Position numbers and translations under genes: made by a program. Of a stretch of DNA of 64,000 bases, positions 27,184-36,372 are shown piece after piece (the stretch's first letter is position 1; each line of letters opens with the position of its first letter). The stretch is taken from the IMG/VR virus record IMGVR_UViG_3300021387_000529, positions 154,811 to 218,810 of that record, one strand, 5' to 3'. Source of the stretch: a virus. Lineage: Duplodnaviria > Heunggongvirae > Uroviricota > Caudoviricetes. The notes under the pieces were generated by a model. The model was not told the DNA's origin and made no database searches. It saw only the letters and a list, made by a program, of their open reading frames with translations.

Positions 27184-29127
27184 TTGGCACATTTTTTAAA
27201 TGTCAAAAATCAAGACATAAAAGTTAAAGCAGGTGCAGAAATGAGAATTTCTCTTACAACTGATGCAACGCTTCACTGTGGAGATAAAGCTTCATTTCTT
27301 ATAAATGAATTTGGTGTATCACGTCTTAGAATTGGAAAAAAGAAGTTTAAAGTTGATGACAAAATGAACTTATTTTTCTTTTGGCCATCTAGTCCTACAG
27401 CTTTGAAATATTATGATGATGGTTCAACTATAGATAAGCATAAAGCCGAATATGACACAACTTTCAATATCAAGTCTGACAAAGACTTAATTGGCATCGT
27501 ATATGTTGATAATGCAAATGACTCACTTTCGCAACAAAAAGTAAACGAGCAGATTGCAAAGTATTCGTCAAAATATGCCAAAACACCAAATTTTCCAACA
27601 GAAGAAGATGGCTCTTGGATTTTTGATACATGGCAGCAATTTGATAAAACAGTAGATAATTCAATCTCATATTATTTTAAGCCAATATTTAAATTGAATA
27701 GAGTAAATGCTCGAAAGCATTATTATGGTGGTAATGATAATGAAGAACTTTATACTGGCTATAATCCTTCATCATTTGAGTTGCCTTATGACAAAACAGA
27801 AGTTACAAAAAAATATAGAGAACTTAATGAAGAAGACATCAACAAATATGGGCTTTTTCCAGATGGGTATTCTAAATCAAAAGATTTAAATAAACTTGAA
27901 ATAGTGTCATATGATGGCTATGATGATACATATTATTATAGCCCGTCAGATTTCCAAGAAGTCATCAACTACAGTCTCTCTGAACAATGTTCTGCCCATA
28001 GCTATGAGCATGGACATGATAATGGCGATGGAGTTAACATTAAATTATCTTCACGAGAATATGTTAATACAACATATAAAGAAAATTTGCCTGAAACACT
28101 AACCGACACAATGATTGATGTCGACTTTTATCAAAATACTCTTGAAAGAAAATACAAAGTAAGTATTTCGCCAGACGTATGCAAAGATTGTTCTAACAAT
28201 TCAATTTATTGGACATATAAAGACAATGTAGAGTCTGAGACAGTTCAATGGGAAGCTAATACTCCAGGAAAGGTTTCTGAAAATGAATTGACACCTCCAA
28301 CTGTATCACAGTCACATTATTTGTTAAATTTTACAAATTTCACAGCGACACCAGACGAAAATGGTGCTTTTGTGTATTCATATGATGGCTATAGCAAAAC
28401 TGAAGATAAAACGAGTGAGCCTGTTACAAAAGAAAGTTCTAGAAATAGCACAGTTGTTTCTAAGAATGAAGAATATTACAGTGGATTTCAATATCCTCTT
28501 CAAGTAAAATTTTTAGGTAATATGAGCAATGACTTGTATGATACACCAGAAGAAGCTTTTAAGAACTCTACATGGCCAGATGGTGCAGCTAAAGAATACT
28601 GGTTTGAAGCAAATGAAACTGTAACAAAAACTGTGACTACTAAAAAAACAACAACAACAACTACAACAACAAAAACAACTATTCCAGCTTTTACGTTAAA
28701 ATATAATATAAAAGCAGACTACGAAGTTGACTATTATGACGTTGTAGATAATAGCATTACAAGTGTGTCTGGAAAAGACTATGAAAAACTAAAAGCTGAA
28801 GGAAAAATCTCACAAACAAAATTTGAAAATAGAGGACAAGCATCAAATATTGTTGAAAGCGGAAATGAGATGTCCTACTATGTTTCCTATAATTCAGATG
28901 AGTTTGGTACAAGTGGAAATAAGATGTCTTCAAAAACAGCTGCGCCAGGTGATGACATATACGCTGGATATTTGGACGTCTATAATAAGACTATCCAGCC
29001 AGCAATTGATGCTAAAATGGTCCCAATTGTTACAACATCTTCAAAAGAAAATATCGTTGAAAATACAACTGAAATAAAATATTCTAAAGACATGTTAATC
29101 TTTAGCATACGGGCAACATTTCAATGA
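27184..29127 (+). CDS. Hypothetical tail-fibre-region protein (TTG start)
   Basis: 647 aa, RBS ggagg, Tyr/Ser/Thr-rich with a Thr run. Stop overlaps the radical SAM start (ATGA). Confidence 0.6.
   Translation: MAHFLNVKNQDIKVKAGAEMRISLTTDATLHCGDKASFLINEFGVSRLRIGKKKFKVDDKMNLFFFWPSSPTALKYYDDGSTIDKHKAEYDTTFNIKSDKDLIGIVYVDNANDSLSQQKVNEQIAKYSSKYAKTPNFPTEEDGSWIFDTWQQFDKTVDNSISYYFKPIFKLNRVNARKHYYGGNDNEELYTGYNPSSFELPYDKTEVTKKYRELNEEDINKYGLFPDGYSKSKDLNKLEIVSYDGYDDTYYYSPSDFQEVINYSLSEQCSAHSYEHGHDNGDGVNIKLSSREYVNTTYKENLPETLTDTMIDVDFYQNTLERKYKVSISPDVCKDCSNNSIYWTYKDNVESETVQWEANTPGKVSENELTPPTVSQSHYLLNFTNFTATPDENGAFVYSYDGYSKTEDKTSEPVTKESSRNSTVVSKNEEYYSGFQYPLQVKFLGNMSNDLYDTPEEAFKNSTWPDGAAKEYWFEANETVTKTVTTKKTTTTTTTTKTTIPAFTLKYNIKADYEVDYYDVVDNSITSVSGKDYEKLKAEGKISQTKFENRGQASNIVESGNEMSYYVSYNSDEFGTSGNKMSSKTAAPGDDIYAGYLDVYNKTIQPAIDAKMVPIVTTSSKENIVENTTEIKYSKDMLIFSIRATFQ
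28648..28680 (+). repeat. (ACA)n microsatellite encoding a poly-Thr linker
   Basis: acaacaacaacaactacaacaacaaaaacaact encodes TTTTTTTTKTT. Confidence 0.8.
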
Positions 29128-30245
29128 TAAAACACTTAGAAGTAAACCTAGACACAAACAATGCTTGTAATATGAATTGCAAGTATTGTTTTCTAGGTGA
29201 CAAAAATAATTTCCATCAACCACATTTTAATAAAGACTATTATGATAGTCTAGACCTCAACAAATGTAAAATTATTGAATTTTGGGGTGGAGAGCCATTT
29301 TTGTATTGGGAACATTTCAGCACAATTGCGTCATATTTCAGAGATAGATGTCCACAAGCTGACTTGTATGTTCTTTCGAATGGCTCAATTTTAAATGAGA
29401 ACATTATAAACTTCTTGATTGAAAAAAGAATATTTTTGTCTCTAAGTCATGATGGCCCAGACCAGTATATTCGTGGTGATGACTTCTTAAAAGACATGAA
29501 TAAAATTGAGCTCTTGAAAAAGCTTCCATATAAAATTATTTTTTCAATGACGTTGACATCACAGCATGCGCCATATTCTGAGTATAAAGACTTCTTTTAC
29601 AAATTGTCTGAGACAGGATTAAACTTCACTTGTAAAATTATTCCAGCTCGTGGAACAGATGACTTCAATATGCCATTTGCTTTCACAACTATTGAGCATG
29701 CTGAAAATTTAATAAAATTCTTTTCAGATATGATTGATGACTGTAATAGAAGTCTAAAGTCTTCTATTATTTTTTACTATACATTAGCACGTTTACTAGG
29801 CCGTTCTAAAAGCAAATATCCGTGCAGTACACATGAGAGTGACTTTCTTGCAACAACAACAGATGGCTCAAAAGTTGTGTGCCATACTGGAAAGAAAGAA
29901 ATGACAAAAATTGCTGGATGCTTAGATTGTCCTGCAGCCGGACAATGCTATGTTTCATGCCAAGTTTTGAACGAAAAGTTTAAGGTTGCTCAATGCGATG
30001 CCGCAAAATTGTATGCTAAAAAAATAAATGAATTAGTTTACAGTATTTGGACTGTTATTGATGTGCCGACATATTTTGTATGTTTAGACGATGTTAAAGA
30101 TGTTTTTGAGTTTGTTGAAAAATATGACAAAACAAAAACAACATTTTATTTTTCTAAGTCTAAGAAGCAAAAGCAAAGAATTGCAGAAATTATGGAAATT
30201 GCTTTACAGCTCCAAAAAAATGATTATGTTTGCCTTATTATGTAA
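29124..30245 (+). CDS. Radical SAM enzyme with SPASM-like domain
   Basis: CNMNCKYC, FWGGEP, LSNGS, LSHDG. C-terminal Cys pattern YPCSTH..VVCH..CLDCPAAGQCYVSC..QC. Confidence 0.88.
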   Translation: MIKHLEVNLDTNNACNMNCKYCFLGDKNNFHQPHFNKDYYDSLDLNKCKIIEFWGGEPFLYWEHFSTIASYFRDRCPQADLYVLSNGSILNENIINFLIEKRIFLSLSHDGPDQYIRGDDFLKDMNKIELLKKLPYKIIFSMTLTSQHAPYSEYKDFFYKLSETGLNFTCKIIPARGTDDFNMPFAFTTIEHAENLIKFFSDMIDDCNRSLKSSIIFYYTLARLLGRSKSKYPCSTHESDFLATTTDGSKVVCHTGKKEMTKIAGCLDCPAAGQCYVSCQVLNEKFKVAQCDAAKLYAKKINELVYSIWTVIDVPTYFVCLDDVKDVFEFVEKYDKTKTTFYFSKSKKQKQRIAEIMEIALQLQKNDYVCLIM

Positions 30246-30262
30246 TGTCCTAATTATATATT

Positions 30263-30679
30263 ATGGCGAAGACTAAAAAAGTTTATGTACGTAAACCAAA
30301 AGTAAAAGAAGAAAAACATGTAACTGAAGCTGCTCAGCACAAAGGTGATTTTCGTAAAACACTACGATGGAAGTTCTGGCGTAGATTTTTGATTGATAAA
30401 CAGAAAAAAGACCCAATTACTGGAAGTAAACTTACTAAAGGCGCAAACTGCCACCATATGGATATGCGTGAAGAAAATTATGAAAATCTTGATGAGAAGC
30501 GCTTTAGAATGTTGAACAAAAAATCACATGATACTGTGCACTTCTTTTTTGCTATGAAAGACTGGCGCGCTGGCGTAAAAGCTCTTGTTGAAATTTTGGA
30601 ATACATGGAAAAATATAATACAGACAATCCTAACTGGTCTTTCGACGATGCCAACAATCGAGCATGGCCTGTTGAATAG
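30263..30679 (+). CDS. HNH endonuclease
   Basis: DPITGSKLTKGANCHHMD..YENL..RMLNKKSHDTVH. Confidence 0.7.
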   Translation: MAKTKKVYVRKPKVKEEKHVTEAAQHKGDFRKTLRWKFWRRFLIDKQKKDPITGSKLTKGANCHHMDMREENYENLDEKRFRMLNKKSHDTVHFFFAMKDWRAGVKALVEILEYMEKYNTDNPNWSFDDANNRAWPVE

Positions 30680-31133
30680 AAGCATTCCGTTTTTTGATAA
30701 TGTCCTCACTTAAAGAGGACATTTTATTTTTTAAATTATCTTTCATTATTTTGCTATTCTCTTCACCATATAATGTTTCATATTTTGCGCGATAATTCTT
30801 TACCTTATATTTTTCAAACTCTTCGATATTATATTTTTCTCGCAATTTTTTAAACTTTGTTTTGTTATATGCACGAATAGCACAATTTGCAAAATAATAT
30901 TTTTCATCTTCTACTAATGTTTGTTTGAAACGAGAAACACACAATTTATAATAAACTTCAATCGGAACTTTTAATGAGATGCCTTTATACAAGAAGTTTT
31001 CATAATGAGAATAATCTATTGGAAGTTTCTGTATTTTTTCTAAAACAACAAATGAGTGTTCAAGCATAATAAAGAAGTTGGCGTTTTTCTCATTGATGAC
31101 TTTATTCCATAGAGTTGTCTCATCATCATACAT
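30630..31133 (-). CDS. Basic protein with homing-endonuclease-type DNA-binding motif
   Basis: YETLYGEENSKIMK motif. Own AGACTAACT motif immediately before the ATG. Converges on and overlaps the HNH gene. Confidence 0.4.
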   Translation of the reverse strand: MYDDETTLWNKVINEKNANFFIMLEHSFVVLEKIQKLPIDYSHYENFLYKGISLKVPIEVYYKLCVSRFKQTLVEDEKYYFANCAIRAYNKTKFKKLREKYNIEEFEKYKVKNYRAKYETLYGEENSKIMKDNLKNKMSSLSEDIIKKRNASIQQAMLDCWHRRKTS

Positions 31134-31180
31134 ATTTTAGTTAGTCTATTTTCCATTTTTTGAGAGTGCTCATTAGAATA

Positions 31181-31188
31181 GCCTAATT
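31181..31188 (+). promoter_or_regulatory. Late-type promoter motif GCCTAATT (tail tube)
   Basis: Upstream of the RBS aaggag of the tube gene. Confidence 0.55.
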
Positions 31189-31213
31189 ATTTTATAAGGA
31201 GAAAATTATAGTT

Positions 31214-31918
31214 ATGTATAATGAGAATTCTAAGACTGGTGGTCTTACACACTCACCAACTCTTAAAGGATTGGTAAATTCTGGAGCAGACTTGCTCAAA
31301 CAGATGTATGATGTTTCTATTGTTTTCCCAGACCAGCTCGACAGCGGTGATGAAAGCGATGTTTTGTTTGGTTACCCTGTAACAGTTCGCTGTACTGGTT
31401 TTACAGTTCCTGAAGTTTCTATGGCAACATATGATATTACATATCATGGAATTTCTGTAAAAAGACCTGGTGGAAAACTTGAAGGTGAACGCTCAATTGA
31501 GTTGACATTCCGTGAAGATGCCGCTTTCATGTTGAGACAGCGCTTCTCATTATGGATGATGGCTGTGGCAGACCCTGTAACAGGTGGTGTTTCAAATGCT
31601 GTCAACTATTTTGGTACATTGTCAGTTCGTACAATTGCTGGTGAATATACTTCTACACAGCTTGTTAATCCTACTGGAAAGCCAACTGGTTCTGACAATC
31701 AAATTCTTAAAGATACTGGTCAGATCCCAGAAAAGTCTAAACAAGGTGCTTTTGCAGATGTAAACCCTGTTGCTGAATGGAACTTCTACCATGTTTGGGT
31801 TTCTAAGGTTGGTGGAGTTGAGTTCTCAACAGATGCAGCTGAAGCTAATACTTTCCCAGTAACATTCCAGTATCAAGACTGTGATCTTCCATTCTTTGGT
31901 GGAAATCCAATCTTCTAA
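31214..31918 (+). CDS. Tail tube protein (T4 gp19-like)
   Basis: YDVSIVFP, VRCTGFTVPEV, YHGISVKRPG, IELTFRED, WNFYHVW, FPVTFQY. GCCTAATT motif and RBS upstream. Confidence 0.85.
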   Translation: MYNENSKTGGLTHSPTLKGLVNSGADLLKQMYDVSIVFPDQLDSGDESDVLFGYPVTVRCTGFTVPEVSMATYDITYHGISVKRPGGKLEGERSIELTFREDAAFMLRQRFSLWMMAVADPVTGGVSNAVNYFGTLSVRTIAGEYTSTQLVNPTGKPTGSDNQILKDTGQIPEKSKQGAFADVNPVAEWNFYHVWVSKVGGVEFSTDAAEANTFPVTFQYQDCDLPFFGGNPIF

Positions 31919-31928
31919 TGAAACAAAA

Positions 31929-31955
31929 GCCGCTCAAAAGAGCGGCATTTTTTTT
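31929..31955 (+). terminator. Intrinsic terminator
   Basis: GCCGCTC-aaaa-GAGCGGC plus T-tract. The same stem recurs at 62686-62703. Confidence 0.85.
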
Positions 31956-31994
31956 GAACTTGTACTGGACTTTTCATATATTATATTTGTAAAT
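31954..31994 (+). promoter_or_regulatory. Early sigma70-type promoter with conserved extension (copy 1)
   Basis: TTGAAC-N17-TATATT embedded in CATATATTATATTTGTAAAT (20/20 identical in three copies). Confidence 0.8.
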
Positions 31995-32007
31995 AGCGAG
32001 GTACAAG

Positions 32008-33066
32008 ATGCTTAGAGATTCAATAAACAAATTCTATGAGTCAGCTGCAAAAAAGTTTGCAAAGTCAGGTGTAATTCAGCACGTAAATACAGAGTCATCA
32101 CTTATTGAAGATGTAACAGTTGACCGTGAGTTTATTAAGTCGCTTATGTCTAAGAATGGTGGAAACTTCCGCTATATTACAGTTGATGGTGGCCGTTATG
32201 AAACTTCAGATGGTCGCATCCACAAGCTTGTAGACAGAAAAATCTTGATGAACAGTTCATTTCCAACTTATGTTGGTGAATTTTATGAAGATGACCTTGA
32301 AAAATTTGGCATCAAGAAAAATGTCATCAACCTTGATGAAGAAGTCGCAAAAATTAAAGCTGCAGCTGCTGCTGAGAAAAAAGAAAACAAAGAACGCGGT
32401 GTTAAGGGTGGCATTTTCAACTATGAATACTTCTACAATGTAAACAACTTCAAATGCACTCTCAACGAAATCTTGAACAAAAATCCTGGCAAAAAAGTTG
32501 TTTGGTACATCGGAAATGCGAAAGACACTTGGGGTTCAGAACGTTTTAACAACGCTCAGAAAGCTGCTGAATTCCTTGGTGAAGAGTTTAACTATGTGTT
32601 TGTTAAAACCTGCCAGTGTGTTTGGGATAACAACAAAAAGAAGTTCCCAGATGTAGACTCATCTATAAATGACATTGCTCATAAATATGATGAAGCATAT
32701 AACAAGAAACTTGGAAGTTTGGAAAACTACACAGATGTTAACTCTTACGCGCTCAACAGACTTATCTCCAATGAAGGTAAAGAAAGCATTGCAACTGTTG
32801 TGAAAGAACTTGGTGAAAATCACATTCTCGTACAGTATCTCAAGAAAATCATTGACAACGCTCGATTGATGAGGTCACTTCCAAATATCAGAAATATTCC
32901 ATGCGTTGAGCTTCAGGATAAGCCTGAGTTTAAAGATGTAATTAAAAAATATGAAATGATTGGAAGCCATTTGCATGATTTCGTAAATGGAATTTATTAT
33001 GAAAGCTCATGCGCAAAAATAATTCGGTATGTTAAACTTGTTGATAAAGTAGCTGATGGAGAATAA
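32008..33066 (+). CDS. Hypothetical early protein
   Basis: 352 aa directly behind the early promoter and RBS gagg. Confidence 0.65.
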   Translation: MLRDSINKFYESAAKKFAKSGVIQHVNTESSLIEDVTVDREFIKSLMSKNGGNFRYITVDGGRYETSDGRIHKLVDRKILMNSSFPTYVGEFYEDDLEKFGIKKNVINLDEEVAKIKAAAAAEKKENKERGVKGGIFNYEYFYNVNNFKCTLNEILNKNPGKKVVWYIGNAKDTWGSERFNNAQKAAEFLGEEFNYVFVKTCQCVWDNNKKKFPDVDSSINDIAHKYDEAYNKKLGSLENYTDVNSYALNRLISNEGKESIATVVKELGENHILVQYLKKIIDNARLMRSLPNIRNIPCVELQDKPEFKDVIKKYEMIGSHLHDFVNGIYYESSCAKIIRYVKLVDKVADGE

Positions 33067-33071
33067 AGAAG

Positions 33072-33824
33072 ATGAAGTACATTAAGTCAACAACTGGAGC
33101 GACTATCATAAACGATGAAGGAAAGCTCATTATGTTTCCACTTGGTACTACTGAGTTTAGCTTCATCGAAAATGATGGGTTTAATGAAAACTTTCCATTT
33201 TTGAAAGATTTCTCAATCAAAAATGGAGACAATGTTCTTGAATATTCATGCTCATCTCGGGCTTTCACAATAAATGGTTTTCGTGTTCCATTCAGCATCG
33301 GAATTGACTTAAAGAATGCAATCTATAAGAAGAATGACGAAGCTGTTGAGACTTTCATGAAAACATTTGGATTGCATGACTGGTATATACTTTCATTCGT
33401 CTTCACACATCTTTCAAGTGAACTCGATGCAATTGTCGATAATGCATTTTCTCTTGATTTACCTGAAAGCTCAATTATCTCTTATGTTCAAGGCGACTAT
33501 GTCAGTAATAACAGCGGAAAAAAAATAACAGTAATCTGTAAAATTATTGATGGCAAGCTTGAGTTTCTTGGTTCAGCAATTTCAAATTTCAAATTTGAGC
33601 AAGAATACAACACAGTATTCACAGCTTGGATTAAGTTCCTTGAACATAATGATGAAGATGCATTCTTTGATGAGTTGAACAGAAAACTCAATATCAGCTA
33701 TTCTTTGAAAGAACACATGATTTCAAACGCAAAGCTTCATGGTCCTCTTTCAGACATCATCACTGAAATTGACCCGAAACAATTTAATGATGATGATGAA
33801 GATACATATGATGAAATCTTCTAA
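33072..33824 (+). CDS. Hypothetical early protein
   Basis: 250 aa acidic ORF, co-transcribed with 32008..33066. Confidence 0.6.
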   Translation: MKYIKSTTGATIINDEGKLIMFPLGTTEFSFIENDGFNENFPFLKDFSIKNGDNVLEYSCSSRAFTINGFRVPFSIGIDLKNAIYKKNDEAVETFMKTFGLHDWYILSFVFTHLSSELDAIVDNAFSLDLPESSIISYVQGDYVSNNSGKKITVICKIIDGKLEFLGSAISNFKFEQEYNTVFTAWIKFLEHNDEDAFFDELNRKLNISYSLKEHMISNAKLHGPLSDIITEIDPKQFNDDDEDTYDEIF

Positions 33825-33850
33825 AATATGGCGGCATAGACTAAATATCT

Positions 33851-34084
33851 ATGTCGTTTTCTATTGGCGATAAAGCTAAAATTAAACCAAAAATTTCTAA
33901 AAAGTCTTATTTTATCTACGAAGATTATCGAAAATCCTCACCTTATATTGTCTGTCCTTGCTTATTAAAAAATAAAATTGTCACAGTAAAGAAACTTCTT
34001 GACAACGGTATCGCTTTATGCACATTTCATGAAACAGTCATTTCAATAATTTACACCGATGACTTAGAAAAACTTTCAAACTAA
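33851..34084 (+). CDS. Small hypothetical protein
   Basis: 77 aa, GACTAAAT motif 4 nt before the ATG. FSIGDKAKIK suggests a small SH3/KOW-like barrel. Confidence 0.5.
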   Translation: MSFSIGDKAKIKPKISKKSYFIYEDYRKSSPYIVCPCLLKNKIVTVKKLLDNGIALCTFHETVISIIYTDDLEKLSN

Positions 34085-34091
34085 TTTAGTT

Positions 34092-34574
34092 ATGAATAAC
34101 ATGATTGTCCCTGAATACAAGATAGTAGGCGATAATAAACTTTTGCCATTTGACAACAGCGACATCGATGCAGCTAAAAATGCTAAAAATGACGGAAGCA
34201 AATTAAAAGTCATCAGAAATTTAGATGGCTCAAATGGTGTATCTTTATATGATGACGGTGAATTGGTTGTTAAGACTACAAATGACAGACATCTTCAAAC
34301 TCATTTTGATAAAGATAAAAAATTGCTTGATACTAGTTTTATTCCAGATGAAATCAAAGCTGGAAACGGTATCAATGTCAACAAAAATAAAAGTAATGGT
34401 GCCACTACGATTAGCTTACAAGAAGACTACGTTCGTGATATAGTAGTTAAAAATACTACTCAACTTCGTGGTGAGAATGGTGTTCTCGTTGAAAAAGACG
34501 AGAAGGTTTCGAATGGTAAAGTTATTAAGCTCGACAATAACTATATTATAAAGCAAGGAGATTTTAACAAATGA
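34092..34574 (+). CDS. Tail-fibre-associated protein
   Basis: KAGNGINV and LRGENGVLV short fibre motifs. AACTAATT motif 5 nt before the ATG. Confidence 0.5.
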   Translation: MNNMIVPEYKIVGDNKLLPFDNSDIDAAKNAKNDGSKLKVIRNLDGSNGVSLYDDGELVVKTTNDRHLQTHFDKDKKLLDTSFIPDEIKAGNGINVNKNKSNGATTISLQEDYVRDIVVKNTTQLRGENGVLVEKDEKVSNGKVIKLDNNYIIKQGDFNK

Positions 34575-35725
34575 CAGTAATTCAAAGACATGGTAATACA
34601 AAACCAACAGCTGACGACCTTGAAGTGTTCCAGTTCGGTTACGACACTCGTGACAATGTCTATGGTAAACATGAAGGCAAAACTTTGTACATCAATGACA
34701 AAGGTATCATCCGTGACGTTACTGCAGCTTACTTAAAGGAAGAGTTTGTAAATTACTGCCTTCCTTGTGATGCTGATGGAAACGTTGTTGAAAACGGTGA
34801 AACAATCTATTCTGAGTCTGCTAAGCCAATCAATGGTTTGCTTGAAAACCTTACTTCAAGAACAACAAAAATCTTTGATGATGTTGGTAATGAAATGGGT
34901 GAGAAGGTAACAATTGGCGCTTACACAGTAAATCCAAAAACTCACCAGTTTACTAAACCTTCAGTTGGTGCGCTTTCATTCTATGCAGTTCATCCTGAAT
35001 ACATTCAGAAATTGAAGAACTCACTTGAGCAGAAAGCTGTTGTTTCTGTTGACAGCTATGCAGCTATGGTTGCAAAAGCTGAAGAAATGGCACAGAATGA
35101 GAAGAAAACGCTTGAAGCTGGTGTTCAGTTCATTGTAAGACATGATGAGTCTGTTGACCCTGAATCTGGAAACAGCCATAATGGCGATACATGGTTGTAT
35201 GTTGTAATCAATTACGATGGTGAAGTTTCAACAGAAGAAACTGAAGCAGAAGAACACCCAACACTTGGTGCAGGTACAGATGTTCATGTAATTACAAGCT
35301 ACAATGGACAGACATACGCACTTCAGCCAGTTATGGCTCTTGAATACTTGTTCCATGACCCAGTCGCAAAAGACTTCCGTGGCACAGGTTTCACAGTAGA
35401 AATTGGTGAAAAAGATGAAGAAGAGAACACAATCGAAGTTGGCATCAACCAATTCACAGAAGACACAATTGTTTGTGCTCATGACAATGCTTTCTCAAGC
35501 AAAACAGAAGTTCTTGGTGTAAAAGCTGATGAAGTTACTGATGCTGCTGAGCATACTGATATTCCTGAAATTGTTACACAGGCCCGTGAGAGAGGTCAGA
35601 CATATACAAACTATGTTAAACTTTATCAGAAAAACTTCACTCCAAATGGTGAAGACGGTCCAGAAACAGTTCGCCAGGTAATCAACTTCAATGACTTTGT
35701 TCTTGATGAAGGTTCATGGGACTAA
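34571..35725 (+). CDS. Tail fibre-like structural protein
   Basis: N-terminal IQRHG..P..DL..FG..LYI attachment motif and C-terminal LDEGSWD, similar to the DGG-type termini of fibre proteins. Confidence 0.55.
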   Translation: MTVIQRHGNTKPTADDLEVFQFGYDTRDNVYGKHEGKTLYINDKGIIRDVTAAYLKEEFVNYCLPCDADGNVVENGETIYSESAKPINGLLENLTSRTTKIFDDVGNEMGEKVTIGAYTVNPKTHQFTKPSVGALSFYAVHPEYIQKLKNSLEQKAVVSVDSYAAMVAKAEEMAQNEKKTLEAGVQFIVRHDESVDPESGNSHNGDTWLYVVINYDGEVSTEETEAEEHPTLGAGTDVHVITSYNGQTYALQPVMALEYLFHDPVAKDFRGTGFTVEIGEKDEEENTIEVGINQFTEDTIVCAHDNAFSSKTEVLGVKADEVTDAAEHTDIPEIVTQARERGQTYTNYVKLYQKNFTPNGEDGPETVRQVINFNDFVLDEGSWD

Positions 35726-35748
35726 TCTAGACCTTTAGATATATTTGC

Positions 35749-35783
35749 AAAAGGACGCCGGTGACAGCGTCCTTTTGTTTTTT
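35749..35783 (+). terminator. Intrinsic terminator
   Basis: AAGGACGC..GCGTCCTT plus T-tract. Confidence 0.75.
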
Positions 35784-35803
35784 AAAAACAGACTAACTAT
35801 AAT

Positions 35804-36361
35804 ATGAACGACGAAAAAGAAGACTTAGAAACTAATATTGAAAAAGCGTCTCAATCTCCAGCTATTGTTGATGAAGTACAAATATCTGAATTGGCTGATA
35901 AAGTGACACCAGTTACATTGATGACTAATGGCCTTTCAGCTTTTATGAATGATGTTTTTGAAATGTCACGCCAAGAAGACTTGTATATTCAGCAATTACG
36001 CCAAAATATTTTAGCAGATTGGAACACATTTAAGCCTGAAACAAAAGCAATGATTGTTACATCTGAAACTACAAACAGAAACGACTTGGCTTCAAAAGTT
36101 ATTGCGCCATCTATGCAAATGCTTACTGCTTTACAGCAAAATGAGTTGGCTGAACGAAAAGAACGCATGCAACAAAAAGAAAATGCTGTTATCCATGCGT
36201 CCTCAATTCAGCAAGTATCAGCAGCAGCTCCTGCAGAAGTTTTAGCTGGTCTCCAGGCACTCTTCAATATGAGCAATGTCATGACTCCACAACCAAAAAA
36301 TGTTACGCCAACATTGTTAAAAGACGACGAAAAAGATGAAAGACCATTTGGAAGTCATTAA
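35804..36361 (+). CDS. Hypothetical helical late protein
   Basis: 185 aa. GACTAACTATAAT-ATG start context. Confidence 0.6.
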   Translation: MNDEKEDLETNIEKASQSPAIVDEVQISELADKVTPVTLMTNGLSAFMNDVFEMSRQEDLYIQQLRQNILADWNTFKPETKAMIVTSETTNRNDLASKVIAPSMQMLTALQQNELAERKERMQQKENAVIHASSIQQVSAAAPAEVLAGLQALFNMSNVMTPQPKNVTPTLLKDDEKDERPFGSH

Positions 36362-36372
36362 TCTATAATATT

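Noticed and set aside
31929-31946. GCCGCTC-N4-GAGCGGC repeated at 62686 as a mobile or regulatory repeat
   Set aside because: Both copies are short GC stems with T/A tracts right after stop codons, fully explained as intrinsic terminators.
35804-36361. Terminase small subunit
   Set aside because: It is helical and late, but I see no recognisable gp16-type motif and it is far from terL, so it is left as hypothetical.
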